A stretch of DNA of 64,000 nt from Pyrodictiaceae archaeon (GCA_027036135.1 JALVSY010000007.1:420880-484879); one strand, 5' to 3'. Numbered from the stretch's first letter, positions 1 through 9,825 are shown. The notes: generated by a model from the letters alone, not told the origin. Numbers and translations: made by a program.

Positions 1-229
1 TATCTATAGCTTTAACAGTATTCTTTATAGTTGAGCTGGGTGGATCAGGTAGCCCTGCTTCACGTGGATGGTGTGCACCAAGTGCATCACCGCAGGGTTT
101 ACCCCAAAGCGTGTCGCTTGTTCTCCAATCAAATGCCGCTACGTAGAACCCCATGCGTGCGAGATGCCAGAGCGCTACTGTTCCTGCAGGGCCTAGTCCA
201 GCGATAATGACATCATACCTTTTGTTCAC
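1..229 (-). CDS. Geranylgeranyl reductase family FAD-dependent oxidoreductase (5' part only, runs off the window)
   Basis: Manual translation from GTG at 229: MNKRYDVIIAGLGPAGTVALWHLARMG...WGKPCGDALG. GxGxxG FAD motif plus KPCG motif. SD GAGGTGG upstream. Confidence 0.85.
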   Translation of the reverse strand, partial: MNKRYDVIIAGLGPAGTVALWHLARMGFYVAAFDWRTSDTLWGKPCGDALGAHHPREAGLPDPPSSTIKNTVKAID

Positions 230-427
230 GAAACCACCTCGTTGCCTCTAAGGGTAGAGTTCCGGGCATTCTCCCTAAAGGTACTAAGCCCTAATTAGTG
301 CTAGTACACTTGAAAACATAACACATTACCATATCTACGCCTCGCATAGACTATGTGTTCTCTAAAACACTCGCCGTGATAATATTAGGGGGCATACACG
401 AAATTATAGAATGGAGGGGACAAGACA

Positions 428-982
428 ATGGGGTATCCCTGGAGACGTAGATTTAGTCTAGGAGACATTTTTGATGAAATTGAGGAAACAATACGCGAAA
501 TGGAGCGATTCGTATCAAGAATGATGGAGGAGTTCGAGGCCAGAGCCCTAAGACCAGCTATCGAGACCAAGGGAGAAGTTAGAGGCCCCATAGTCTATGG
601 AGTAAGAATAACCATAGGGCCCGATGGACAACCAATAATAGAAGAGTTTGGAAACGTAAAGAGAATTGGTAGAAAGGCAATAGTAGAGGAAACAGTTGAG
701 CCGCTCGTTGATGTTATTGAGGAAAAGGACAAGGTTACAGTAATAGCTGAGGTACCCGGCGTTGACAAAGATAAGATAAAGATACGTGTAAAGGACAACA
801 AGCTGATAATAAAGGCTGAGGACAAAGATAGGAAATACTACAAGGAGATAGAATTACCTACAGAGGTTAAGCCGGAGACGGCGAAGGCAAGGTACAGGAA
901 CGGGATACTTGAGGTTACTTTTGAGAAGAAAACTAAGGAGAAAGAAGAAGAAGAGGAAGGCATAGAAGTAAAAGTTGAGTAA
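428..982 (+). CDS. hsp20: Small heat shock protein, archaeal Hsp20
   Basis: Alpha-crystallin domain (EPLVDVIE, AEVPGVDK, ARYRNGILEV) and YGVRITIGPDG motif. Confidence 0.95.
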   Translation: MGYPWRRRFSLGDIFDEIEETIREMERFVSRMMEEFEARALRPAIETKGEVRGPIVYGVRITIGPDGQPIIEEFGNVKRIGRKAIVEETVEPLVDVIEEKDKVTVIAEVPGVDKDKIKIRVKDNKLIIKAEDKDRKYYKEIELPTEVKPETAKARYRNGILEVTFEKKTKEKEEEEEGIEVKVE

Positions 983-993
983 GCATAAACAAG

Positions 994-1563
994 TCATTCC
1001 TTTTCACCGCTTCGTCTATTAAGGGGCTCGGTCCTTGCCTTATCGCTAATTATTGTGCTAACGCCTTCGGGATCATCAATAATTACAGTGAATTCTTTTT
1101 TCCCGTTTTTTGCATCTTGGATCCAACTTAGTAGCTCGTTACATTTCTGTTTATTGGCTCCGGGGTCTCGGCAAGCAAGCTCTATGGCTTCTTTAAAGCG
1201 TTCAAGAAGTCCCTCAACAGTTGTTATAAAGCCCTGAGACGCAGGTCCTGGGTGCATTTCAAGCCCCGTCTCAGGTATTATAATTGATGCGGTAGATGCT
1301 CTAACAACCAATGCGTTTAGGTCGCGTTGGTTAGTGACTCTAAGTATTATTCTCCTTGGAGGATTGGTTTCCGCTAATCGTACGTCATTGTACTTATATC
1401 CACACTTTGTACACTTGCCAGTTGTAAGAATAACTCTACCTACAAGTGGTACATCATATAAGTAATCTGTTATTCTGAGGGATTTTGTTCCGCATACGGG
1501 GCAAGTAATTGTTGCTTCACCTATTTTTACTAGTTTCTCGTTTTGCAGTATCTTGTCCACCAT
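994..1563 (-). CDS. ZPR1 zinc finger protein
   Basis: CPVC...CTKCGYK, GFITTVEGLL and IIDDPEG motifs. Confidence 0.92.
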   Translation of the reverse strand: MVDKILQNEKLVKIGEATITCPVCGTKSLRITDYLYDVPLVGRVILTTGKCTKCGYKYNDVRLAETNPPRRIILRVTNQRDLNALVVRASTASIIIPETGLEMHPGPASQGFITTVEGLLERFKEAIELACRDPGANKQKCNELLSWIQDAKNGKKEFTVIIDDPEGVSTIISDKARTEPLNRRSGEKE

Positions 1564-1772
1564 TTAGGTGCACCAAGTATTTGACGGGTTGTAGAGGGTC
1601 CTAATGTATCATGTTGCCCTCAGAGGGTATTACCCTTGACAATGTTTCACGGATTCAGTAAAGTATTTCAAGAATATGCCTCAAGGAAGTTAACTGAGTT
1701 TATGAAAAGCTTTCTATATTATGGTTTAACACTAGACTATGAAGTGTGCGGGACATGTGTGCGGTGAAGCTT

Positions 1773-2090
1773 ATGGCTAGGACTGTGCATGGTGAGGATT
1801 TTGACCTAGTAATACCGTCGCCTAAGAGAGTGGTTAGTATAAAACTTGAGGTAGATCTAATAGAGGAAATTGATAGATTATGGCGAAGCCTTGGCTATAC
1901 CTCGCGCAGCGAGTTTATACGCGAGGCAATAATATATTATATGCAAATAGTTTCTTTAAGAAGTGGGGAAAAACAATCAATGGTAAAGGCTACTAGTAAT
2001 GATCTAGAAGAGCCCAAATCCCGCAGTGAAGGGTCATTGAGAAAGGATGAGCCTTATTTAGTCATTGATACCACGACTGATATTGCCTAG
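1773..2090 (+). CDS. Ribbon-helix-helix (CopG/NikR-like) DNA-binding protein
   Basis: VVSIKLEVDLIEEIDRLWRSLGYTSRSEFIREAI. Start moved to ATG 1773 behind SD GCGGTGA. Confidence 0.85.
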   Translation: MARTVHGEDFDLVIPSPKRVVSIKLEVDLIEEIDRLWRSLGYTSRSEFIREAIIYYMQIVSLRSGEKQSMVKATSNDLEEPKSRSEGSLRKDEPYLVIDTTTDIA

Positions 2091-2109
2091 TTTTCCTTGG
2101 TTCCTATTT

Positions 2110-2508
2110 TTACTTCTTTAGTTGCTTAAGTAGGTTTTGTAATACTTCTCTATATATTTTAGCACAATGTTCGAAATCTTCTATAATCTTATTTATAACT
2201 TTTTCTGGGTCAGATATATAGTATTTATATTTAGGTCTTCCGGCTCCTCCCTTCTTTTCACGTGTCCTCGTTACAAACCCTATTTCTACAAGCTTTGTAA
2301 GGCCTCTATTGACGGTGGCTTTGCTTAGTTTAAGTTTTTCGGCTAATTCATCCACAGTATACTCTTTTCCTTTAAGTAGCTCGAAGAGTATAGCTGTATC
2401 TGTTTCGCTAAGGTCGTAGCAGAAGCGGAGGCCCTCAACTATATTGGCTTCCCTCCCTGTTGGTAACCTTAATCTTAGCTCCTCTATTTCAGTAGCCATG
2501 TGCATCAC
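2110..2508 (-). CDS. Winged-helix transcriptional regulator (TrmB/MarR-like)
   Basis: FCYDLSETD, TVDELAEKLKLSKATVNRGLTKL, GRPKYKY. Confidence 0.88.
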   Translation of the reverse strand: MMHMATEIEELRLRLPTGREANIVEGLRFCYDLSETDTAILFELLKGKEYTVDELAEKLKLSKATVNRGLTKLVEIGFVTRTREKKGGAGRPKYKYYISDPEKVINKIIEDFEHCAKIYREVLQNLLKQLKK

Positions 2509-2569
2509 CTATTAGGCTAGTTTCTTCACCATTTTTGATAATATAGTTAGACTATTTATTATCTTTTTC

Positions 2570-3118
2570 TCAGTCAGTTACCAGTGAAGCGATTCTTGCT
2601 GTGATAAATGCCTCGATAAATGCGGCTATGAATAAAATTATGGCTGCGTATAGTAATCCATATAACTGGCTAGTTAATATTTCTTTCACATTGTTTCTTT
2701 TTCTTAGGACATTAAATGGTAGCGATATGGCTGCTGCAGATGCGTATATAAAGGCATAGAGCTCGAAGATGCCGTGAGGCGCTAATAATAGGAATACAGT
2801 AAGTCCTCCTACATTCTTTGAGCCAATAGCAGCAACGCTACCTATAATGTAGCCATTATTGAACAGGATTATGAGTCCAGGGATTATGACCACAGATAGA
2901 GCATACAATAATATCATTACAGACGTATTATTCATATATATCGCTATCATTTGCCATGCATTACTAAGTCTAGTTACCTTTTCCAAATCCTTGTTTTGCT
3001 CTAGAGCCTTAAGGGAGGGATTACTAATACCGTAAAGTATTCCGGCAATAAGCACTACTAGCGAGATAATAGCAGCCCATTTACCAATATTACCTCCTAT
3101 TCTCGTTATATAAGGCAC
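2570..3118 (-). CDS. Stage II sporulation protein M family membrane protein
   Basis: IYMNN, NGYIIG, PHGIFEL, AAFIEAFIT motifs and multiple TM helices. Confidence 0.88.
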   Translation of the reverse strand: MPYITRIGGNIGKWAAIISLVVLIAGILYGISNPSLKALEQNKDLEKVTRLSNAWQMIAIYMNNTSVMILLYALSVVIIPGLIILFNNGYIIGSVAAIGSKNVGGLTVFLLLAPHGIFELYAFIYASAAAISLPFNVLRKRNNVKEILTSQLYGLLYAAIILFIAAFIEAFITARIASLVTD

Positions 3119-3202
3119 CGCTATTCCCTTCTCCTACCCTAGTGCAGTGATACACGTATAGCTGGGGAAAATTACTTTCATCCCTCCACGCTCTATCAGT
3201 AA

Positions 3203-3261
3203 ATGGATGATGAGCGATTCCGGGCGGAACCACAATGAAGAGCCGTGTGAGGACTGAAACA
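3203..3261 (+). ncRNA. Box C/D guide sRNA
   Basis: C ATGATGA 3207-3213, D' CGGA, C' ATGAAGA, D CTGA 3254-3257, with 11-12 nt guides, intergenic. Confidence 0.8.
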
Positions 3262-3292
3262 TATCGTTCTAGATAAAACATTACGAGCAGCA

Positions 3293-3371
3293 AGCTATGA
3301 AGAAGCCCCTACACAGTATTGATACCGAGCGGAACACCGGTAGATGAAGAAGTGGTCCTTCGCTGAGCCTA
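3293..3371 (+). ncRNA. Box C/D guide sRNA with hairpin spacer
   Basis: C ATGAAGA 3297-3303, D' TTGA 3319-3322, TACCG/CGGTA hairpin, C' ATGAAGA 3344-3350, D CTGA 3363-3366. Confidence 0.7.
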
Positions 3372-3456
3372 GCACTTATTTATTTGTTAGCCTTTAATGG
3401 CGTATATGAAACTACTTTAGCGCATAACTAGTCTAAGTGCATGGGGGCTGCTCGGT

Positions 3457-4329
3457 ATGAGAAAGCTAGTTTTCGCTGATGCGCATGCTCATACATCTCC
3501 CGAAGGCCTAGGGGCGTATAAGGTTGCATCCAGGTTCCGTGAGCACGATGGCTGGTTCATGGCTCTGGTTATGCTTCCTCCCTGGCACTATGGTGTTTCG
3601 CTGTCTCCTAAGAGCCTCGTAGAGGGCTATAGTAAAGCCATTGAGATCTTCCTAGGTGAGTGCAGTGCTGCCAGGGAGGCTGGGATAAAGGTATCGTGTC
3701 TCGCTGGATTTCATCCAGCCGAGGTGGATAAACTAATAGGTATTGGAGTAAAGCCCGAAGATGTATTAGCACTTGCTGAGCAGGTATTAGAAATGGAAGC
3801 CTCGTTGTGTAGGAAGGGCATAATTCAAGGTATAGGTGAGGTTGGTAGACAGCATTATAAAACCATGCCGGAGCGGGTAGCTATAGTAACAAGTATCATG
3901 ATTAAGGCCTTTGAGTATGCTAGGGATTATGATTGTCTTGTCCATCTTCACTTAGAGAATGCAGGGTATGTGACTGTTCGCACAGTTAATGATCTTGCTC
4001 GCCTTGTAGGTGTGCCACCTCATCTCGTAGTGTTTCACCATGCTTCGCTAAGGGTTGCTGAGGCGGCGGAAAATAATGGTTACTATACAACTCTGCCGGG
4101 AAAGAAAGAGCTACTAAGCCGTGCATTTAGTAAGAATATACCTATAGAGACACTGCTCATAGAGTCCGATTACATAGATGACCCTAAAAGACCGTGTGTA
4201 TCTTCTTGCCCCTGGGAGATTATTGAGAACGAGCTAGCACTTATGAGAGAAGGCATTGTTGATGAAGAAACTCTGTTTAGAATAAACGTTGATAATGTTG
4301 TAAAATACTATGGTGTCGAGCCTCCCTGA
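3457..4329 (+). CDS. TatD family metal-dependent hydrolase/nuclease
   Basis: DAHAH, GFHP, GIGEVG, HLHLE, ESDY motifs. Confidence 0.9.
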   Translation: MRKLVFADAHAHTSPEGLGAYKVASRFREHDGWFMALVMLPPWHYGVSLSPKSLVEGYSKAIEIFLGECSAAREAGIKVSCLAGFHPAEVDKLIGIGVKPEDVLALAEQVLEMEASLCRKGIIQGIGEVGRQHYKTMPERVAIVTSIMIKAFEYARDYDCLVHLHLENAGYVTVRTVNDLARLVGVPPHLVVFHHASLRVAEAAENNGYYTTLPGKKELLSRAFSKNIPIETLLIESDYIDDPKRPCVSSCPWEIIENELALMREGIVDEETLFRINVDNVVKYYGVEPP

Positions 4330-5636
4330 CCTAGCATAACTACTTTTAGTGCTTCCTGTCTATCTAGCTTTGTTGCGACCATGTAGCTCTCTGATATTGC
4401 TCGAAGATCCGGGTTATTGCCGTGTATCATGACTGTGTGTAGCCTGGCATTGGCGCGGGCTAGGCCCTTCCTAACCATGTCTATAGCTACTCGATCCTCG
4501 CCATCTGTTATCAAGATTATATCTGATACCCTAGACCGAGGCGTCGTCGATACTATGTCGTCTACAGCTGTTAGTATCGCTCTTGTTATATCGGTTCCGC
4601 CGTTTGCCCTTATTCGCGCAAGATATTCGAGAAGCTTAATTACGTCTCTTCCGTGGATTCGTCTAGAAATATGAATGGGCGGGTAGGGAATGCTATCAAA
4701 GAATCTAACATAGAACTCTCTGCGCTCCCTTACAGCTCGCTGAGCTAGAGCCAGGGCTACTGCTTTTGCCCAGATTATCTTTAACCCCATCATGCTCCCG
4801 CTCTTGTCAAGTAGTATGTAGAACTTTCCATAGTCTCGGGAGACTACTTTGCGGTAGAGAAGAAGGTCTCTTTCAGCATACTTTACTAGGAAAAGTTCCT
4901 TGGGTAGCGCTAGTTCACTAGGAACTATCTTTTCGACATCGTTCCCTAGTTCGTATCCTTCTAATTCTCCTCGCGGACTTGGGATCTTTTTTACCCTTAT
5001 ATAGGTATCAGTCTCCTCTATCAGTTTCAAGACCTCGAGGATTGCTTTCACATTGGTATTTTTGGCTAGGTTTATTACGTCCTGGATTACGTCATCGAGT
5101 GAAAGCATTGAGGCATTCCCAGCAGCGAACTTCATGGCAAGATTCGTTATTTCCTTGGCTTGTTTGGCTATGTCCTTTACTGATTCCAGGGCCTTATCCA
5201 CAGCATTAGAGAGATCGGTGCTCCTAGATTCTCCAAAAGGCGTGTTTTGATTTTGCTTTGCGTTCATGTCGCCGCCGTGTGGCTGCCCCATTCTCTGTAG
5301 CTCTTCTACAATTGTTTCAAGGAATACTGCGGATACGACAGTACTTGTTGTTGAATCTGCTACTGTGTGCTGCTTAACTGCTCGGAGATTATTCGACGAA
5401 AGAAGAGCAGATATGAGCGCGTATTTTGTTAGCTCCTTTGGATCCCTCTTCTCAGGCTCCTTGAGTATCGGGTATGGGAGGAAGAGTGCATAATATATGG
5501 ATATAGCTAGTTTTTCGTCCAGAAAATCCGGCTCATTTGGGGAGTCTGGCATTAGTTTTCTTAGAAGCGAGATTATACGCTCGGCCCTATACTTAGTCGG
5601 TGGATCATCGAGTCTTACTCCTCGGATATATGGCAT
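4308..5636 (-). CDS. VWA domain protein (ViaA-like partner of MoxR ATPase)
   Basis: MIDAS DKSGSM, GGTDI, ITDGED. Directly downstream of the AAA gene. Confidence 0.9.
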   Translation of the reverse strand: MPYIRGVRLDDPPTKYRAERIISLLRKLMPDSPNEPDFLDEKLAISIYYALFLPYPILKEPEKRDPKELTKYALISALLSSNNLRAVKQHTVADSTTSTVVSAVFLETIVEELQRMGQPHGGDMNAKQNQNTPFGESRSTDLSNAVDKALESVKDIAKQAKEITNLAMKFAAGNASMLSLDDVIQDVINLAKNTNVKAILEVLKLIEETDTYIRVKKIPSPRGELEGYELGNDVEKIVPSELALPKELFLVKYAERDLLLYRKVVSRDYGKFYILLDKSGSMMGLKIIWAKAVALALAQRAVRERREFYVRFFDSIPYPPIHISRRIHGRDVIKLLEYLARIRANGGTDITRAILTAVDDIVSTTPRSRVSDIILITDGEDRVAIDMVRKGLARANARLHTVMIHGNNPDLRAISESYMVATKLDRQEALKVVMLGQGGSTP

Positions 5637-5641
5637 AGTGG

Positions 5642-6796
5642 TTACATCCCCAGTTTATAGGATATTTTCTCTAGTAGCTTGTCTATTTCCTCTAATGTCT
5701 TCTCAGCAAGGGCCTTTACGCTTTGGTTATCAGTTTCTTTAAGTATATTAACTATTCTACTTTTAGCTATCTTTAGGCTTCGGAACAGATCTACAAGCCT
5801 GGGATCATAACTTCGCATTGTGTCAACTAAGTGGTAGGTCTCTCTAACATTAGCTCGTATATCATTTAGTTCCTTAATAAATCGTTCTGGCATTTTCAAC
5901 TCTTCCGACAATATTATATTGACTTTCTCGAAGTCCTCTATATCCCTAGGCGCTACATACTTTAGCGCAACTAGGTCTTTTTCCTGAGTAATGATTCTTC
6001 CCTCCAGGAGGGCATGGGCAGCAATAACTTTTAGCGCCTTAGCCTTTCTCCTATCTGTTAAATGTATTCCCCTCTCCTCAAAGATAGCGTAGAGTCTTAA
6101 CAACTTGGACTTAATAGGTGACAAGTCAACTCTGAAAATCAATTTATGTATCTGGGCAAGTGTATCCATATCTAGTACAGGCTCTGCTGGCGGTATTTGT
6201 CCCGACTCAATTCTCCATCCAGCATCTAGTAGCTCGTTCCACTTATTCTCAGGCACGGGTTTAGCGTACTGACGAACAAGGAACCTATCATATACTGCTT
6301 CAAGCTCTGGCTCCTCAGGAACCCGGTTCGTAGCGCCAATAAGGGTCCATAAAGGAACTCTTATCTCTGTGTATCCATCGTACCATACTCTCTCCTGCAT
6401 TATACTGAGAAGCGCGTTAAGTATAGCTGAATTTGCGTTGAAGACCTCATCTAGAAACACTATCTCGGCTTCCGGCATCTTTCCCTTTGTTATTCGGACA
6501 TACTTGCCCTCCTTCAACGCATTTAGGTCTAGAGGGCCGAAGAGCTCGCTTGGCTCAGTGTACTTCGTCAAAAGATACTTGAAGAAATTCGCGTTAATGA
6601 GCTCAGCAGTTCTTCGAGCAATTGCCGACTTAGCTGTACCTGGCTCTCCTATTAGTATCACGTGCTCGCGCGCCACAAGCGCTAGTGTTAGTGCCTTGAT
6701 CTCGTCCTCTCTAGCGACGAAGGGCTCTTGTAGAACCTTGTAGAAAGTTTGTATCTTTTCTATTAGCCCTGAAGCACCCCGTTCTGGCGTTATCAA
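5642..6796 (-). CDS. MoxR-family AAA+ ATPase (RavA-like)
   Basis: Walker A GEPGTAKS, Walker B FLDEVF, TEPSELFGP, AVYDRF. Confidence 0.92.
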   Translation of the reverse strand: MITPERGASGLIEKIQTFYKVLQEPFVAREDEIKALTLALVAREHVILIGEPGTAKSAIARRTAELINANFFKYLLTKYTEPSELFGPLDLNALKEGKYVRITKGKMPEAEIVFLDEVFNANSAILNALLSIMQERVWYDGYTEIRVPLWTLIGATNRVPEEPELEAVYDRFLVRQYAKPVPENKWNELLDAGWRIESGQIPPAEPVLDMDTLAQIHKLIFRVDLSPIKSKLLRLYAIFEERGIHLTDRRKAKALKVIAAHALLEGRIITQEKDLVALKYVAPRDIEDFEKVNIILSEELKMPERFIKELNDIRANVRETYHLVDTMRSYDPRLVDLFRSLKIAKSRIVNILKETDNQSVKALAEKTLEEIDKLLEKISYKLGM

Positions 6797-6909
6797 TTAC
6801 TTTCTCCCCTTTGTCCAATAATACCCTTATTCTTAGCAGGGAATATATTTACTGCCTAGCCCTCTTATTAGCCATTATGGTAATAGTGTGGACTGCATAC
6901 TTTTTCGCG

Positions 6910-6980
6910 GGCGGGGATGAGCCCGGTTTTCAGCTGACCGCTGGCTACCGGGGATGACGAGGAGTTGCTCAGCTGAGTAC
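6910..6980 (+). ncRNA. Box C/D guide sRNA
   Basis: C-like GGGATGA 6914-6920, D' CTGA 6934-6937, C' ATGACGA 6954-6960, D CTGA 6973-6976. Confidence 0.75.
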
Positions 6981-7083
6981 TAAGAGGCATCAATATCGCT
7001 TCGTTCTTGTAATGAAGGCTTCTACTGCAAAAATGTTAGAGTATGGTTACAAAGCAGAACCTCTCTTCACCTTGGCGTAGAAG

Positions 7084-7152
7084 CCGGGGGATCGGTAACC
7101 GGTGCATTCTTCATCTATTGGTCAAGAGACGGGGTTTATCCTCATTCCCCGG
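7084..7152 (-). ncRNA. Box C/D guide sRNA
   Basis: Minus strand: CCGGGGA-ATGAGGA-guide-TTGA-CCAATAG-ATGAAGA-guide-CCGA-TCCCCCGG, with a terminal stem. Confidence 0.78.
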
Positions 7153-7237
7153 ATCATTTATTACCAGATTGCTCTATCTCATAAAAATAGCTCGCTTCAC
7201 CATTGTTACTAGGAGGAGTGCTTATTCTTAGTCATAG

Positions 7238-7300
7238 GGCAATGATGAAGATTGCACGTCAGTGATAAAAATATGAGCGGCCTCCACCGGTACTGAGCAA
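7238..7300 (+). ncRNA. Box C/D guide sRNA, probably targeting 23S rRNA
   Basis: C ATGATGA 7242-7248, D' GTGA, D CTGA 7293-7296. Guides are complementary to UGACGUGCAAU and CCGGUGGAGGCC, recalled as neighbouring LSU rRNA sequences. Confidence 0.8.
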
Positions 7301-7369
7301 TAGCTCTTCTCACCTAGCCTTTTAAATGCCACTTAAACACTACTAAATAGCATTGGAGGGCGTATCATA

Positions 7370-7723
7370 TTGTCTAACGAGAGCATTATTAGGTCTATTG
7401 AGCGTTGTCTTTCCTATAGTCTTCAAGATTCCTCGATAGCTCTTAGGAATAATTGCGATAAACCTGTAAACATAAAAGCTATTGAGATAGAATATTATAT
7501 ATACATTCATCGTGCGTCAGCGGCCCAGTCGAGCGAGAAGGTTGAACTCGGGCATCTCCGTAGAAGAGTTGTTGAAAGAATAAGTATAGAACAATCTATT
7601 GAACCTGGTTCTGTTCTAAACATATACTTTGGTGCGCTAAAGAATATCGAGAATGTATTCGCAATAATAGAGTATGATGACAAGGAGTATAAAATTAGGG
7701 TAAGTCAAGAGAAGCAAAGCTAG
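7370..7723 (+). CDS. Hypothetical protein, predicted beta-rich fold
   Basis: 117-aa ORF with SD GGAGG and upstream TTTTAAAT. No recognised family. Confidence 0.7.
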   Translation: MSNESIIRSIERCLSYSLQDSSIALRNNCDKPVNIKAIEIEYYIYIHRASAAQSSEKVELGHLRRRVVERISIEQSIEPGSVLNIYFGALKNIENVFAIIEYDDKEYKIRVSQEKQS

Positions 7724-7776
7724 TACTTTATGGCAAGGATAACAATAGTTGCAGCAGCCATGGCAAAAACTAGTGA

Positions 7777-8400
7777 TTAGTGCCCTGTGTATCTTATTGC
7801 TTCTAGTATTCCTGTTCTTATCATAGATATAGCTATTGCTGCGAGCATCATTGACATTATTTTTGATAATGCTAGTGCCCCGTTTTCTCCCATGACTTTT
7901 AGCATTTTGCCACTATTTGTCAGCATAATATATGTAATAGCTATATTGGCAACTATGCTTATCAATGAGTACAATAATCCATAAATGGCCTTTATGTATA
8001 GCACGGTCGCGATTGCTGCAGGACCAGCTAGTAAAGGAGTTGCTAGAGGTACTATAGCTATTGCCTCTGCCTCCTCTGGATGCCTTATGCCGGCGGCCTC
8101 GGTCCATCCAAGTATTCCTGCAATGCCATAGATTAGTAATATTATTCCACCTGCTATTCTGAAATCAGCAAGCGTTAGTCCAAAATAATAGAGAATTAAG
8201 TCACCAATGAGAGCGAATAATAGTAGGATTAACGATGCAATTTCACAACTATTTTTGACAATTTTCTCCCTCTTCTCATCAGAAAGCATTGTGGTTAGGC
8301 TATAAAATAATGGAGCATTTCCTAGGGGGTCGATTGCTATAAATAGAATTGTTACCGAGTGAATGAGGAACGTTATATTTATGTCAATGTTTGGCAACAC
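7777..8400 (-). CDS. MarC family membrane protein
   Basis: IDPLGNAPLF, FRIAGGIIL, IVPLATPLLAGPAAIA. Confidence 0.93.
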   Translation of the reverse strand: MLPNIDINITFLIHSVTILFIAIDPLGNAPLFYSLTTMLSDEKREKIVKNSCEIASLILLLFALIGDLILYYFGLTLADFRIAGGIILLIYGIAGILGWTEAAGIRHPEEAEAIAIVPLATPLLAGPAAIATVLYIKAIYGLLYSLISIVANIAITYIMLTNSGKMLKVMGENGALALSKIMSMMLAAIAISMIRTGILEAIRYTGH

Positions 8401-8728
8401 GTTGGGCGTACCTCTCTAGTATCTCCGCTATTTTCGCTATTATCTCGCTTCGACATTTATCCATGCACTCACTAGTACATTTAGGATCATCTCCGCAACT
8501 CGAATTACACGACACTTTGCAGCGTCTATCTATCGGTACAAGTGCATATATTCTCTTCTTTGGATCAAGCAATGCTACACTTAACGCGAGATTCACGCCA
8601 GCTTCACGAATTACTTCAATTACGGTGCTGTGCTTATCTAAGTCATCCTCATATATAAAGCCTCCATAATATCGTAGCGCACTAGCTATTCTTCTCGCTA
8701 GCAGGGTCTTCTCCTCCGTATTTGTCAT
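8384..8728 (-). CDS. Hypothetical protein with Cys-rich helical motif
   Basis: 114 aa, SD GGGGGT, CKVSCNSSC...CTSECMDKC, overlaps the marC start. Confidence 0.75.
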   Translation of the reverse strand: MTNTEEKTLLARRIASALRYYGGFIYEDDLDKHSTVIEVIREAGVNLALSVALLDPKKRIYALVPIDRRCKVSCNSSCGDDPKCTSECMDKCRSEIIAKIAEILERYAQRVAKH

Positions 8729-8814
8729 CTTAACCCCCTATTGGCGCATGAAGGCAGGGGCCTAAAAATAAATACGTAAATACGATTAGGTATGTTTTAG
8801 GGCTATCTTTTAAC

Positions 8815-9003
8815 TTGGGGTGTAGAAGGATAAACGTAGCAATACTTGCCTCCGCTTTACTACTAATCATAGGTATATTAATATTTGATAAACTTGTCGA
8901 GATGGAAGGAGCTAGGCATAAATATATAGCAATCACTAATTATTTAGCACTAAGCATTGCCGTCACATCGCTATTAGTATTTTTGTTAAGGAGTTGTGCA
9001 TGA
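8815..9003 (+). CDS. Possible small two-TM membrane protein
   Basis: 62-aa ORF with two hydrophobic segments and a TTG start. Confidence 0.4.
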   Translation: MGCRRINVAILASALLLIIGILIFDKLVEMEGARHKYIAITNYLALSIAVTSLLVFLLRSCA

Positions 9004-9087
9004 GAATGTCTTCACCCGTAGCTATTATTTAGGATTATTCTAGCGTTTTTCTAGGGGACTTGGTGGATACCCAAGTGGTGTTGAGTA

Positions 9088-9372
9088 GTGGTTAAGCCGG
9101 GCTACGAGAAGATACATGTCGCGCATCTTGAAGGATTAGTGGCGCTGGGTAAGGCTAAGAGATACTGGTGGGAGAAATGTAATGTCCCTAATATGGTAAG
9201 ATTTTACGTTGAAACAAAAGATGGTAAAATATATGAGACAAAGTGCATTGATGAGAGAGGTGCTAAGAAGGTAATAACTTACCTGGGTATAGCCTTGAAG
9301 CTGAGTAAAGACATCGTCCTCGATATAGAAGTCAACAAGGATGAAGTCTTTATCCCTGAAGATGAGGGCTAG
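9088..9372 (+). CDS. Hypothetical protein
   Basis: 94-aa ORF with SD GGTG and coding-like composition. Confidence 0.75.
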   Translation: MVKPGYEKIHVAHLEGLVALGKAKRYWWEKCNVPNMVRFYVETKDGKIYETKCIDERGAKKVITYLGIALKLSKDIVLDIEVNKDEVFIPEDEG

Positions 9373-9483
9373 GATAAGCTACAGTGGGATACAAGGTAAT
9401 TTTAACAGCAAGTTAATTAGGATGCTTCGTGCTTGCAACATTTGGTGCCTTGGGTAAATGGCTAGGTGTAAGCAGTTATAGGG

Positions 9484-9825
9484 GTGAATAACATGGGTAA
9501 GCGAATGAGGATGACGTTGCCTAAGAAAGAAGAAGATTTACAAAAAGTAGTGGAAGAAGTAGAAGAGACACATCATGATCATCATCATCACGAGCATGTA
9601 GAGGGACTTGACGAGATTCTTCACACCATTGACGTATTAATGGATGTTATGAATACGCGTATTACTGATTTAGAGGAGAAGGTCGAATTTCTTAGGGACG
9701 AGATAATTAACTTATACAAGCTCTTTGGTGCAGTAGTTGAGGCGCTGACGAGCCAGAGCGAGGAGGAGCGTAAGGCTGCTATAAACAAGGCTTATGAAAT
9801 ACTGAGCAAGTCTTTAAAGAAATAA
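9484..9825 (+). CDS. His-rich coiled-coil protein
   Basis: HHDHHHHEH followed by a heptad-like helix. Start may be ATG 9493. Confidence 0.8.
   Translation: MNNMGKRMRMTLPKKEEDLQKVVEEVEETHHDHHHHEHVEGLDEILHTIDVLMDVMNTRITDLEEKVEFLRDEIINLYKLFGAVVEALTSQSEEERKAAINKAYEILSKSLKK

Noticed and set aside
3090-3293. 67-aa minus-strand ORF
   Set aside because: Antisense to a C/D sRNA and not protein-like.
3293-3371. Possible three-guide C/D sRNA
   Set aside because: The middle segment is better explained as a TACCG/CGGTA hairpin spacer.
7043-7231. 62-aa plus-strand ORF
   Set aside because: Overlaps a minus-strand C/D sRNA and lacks coding features.
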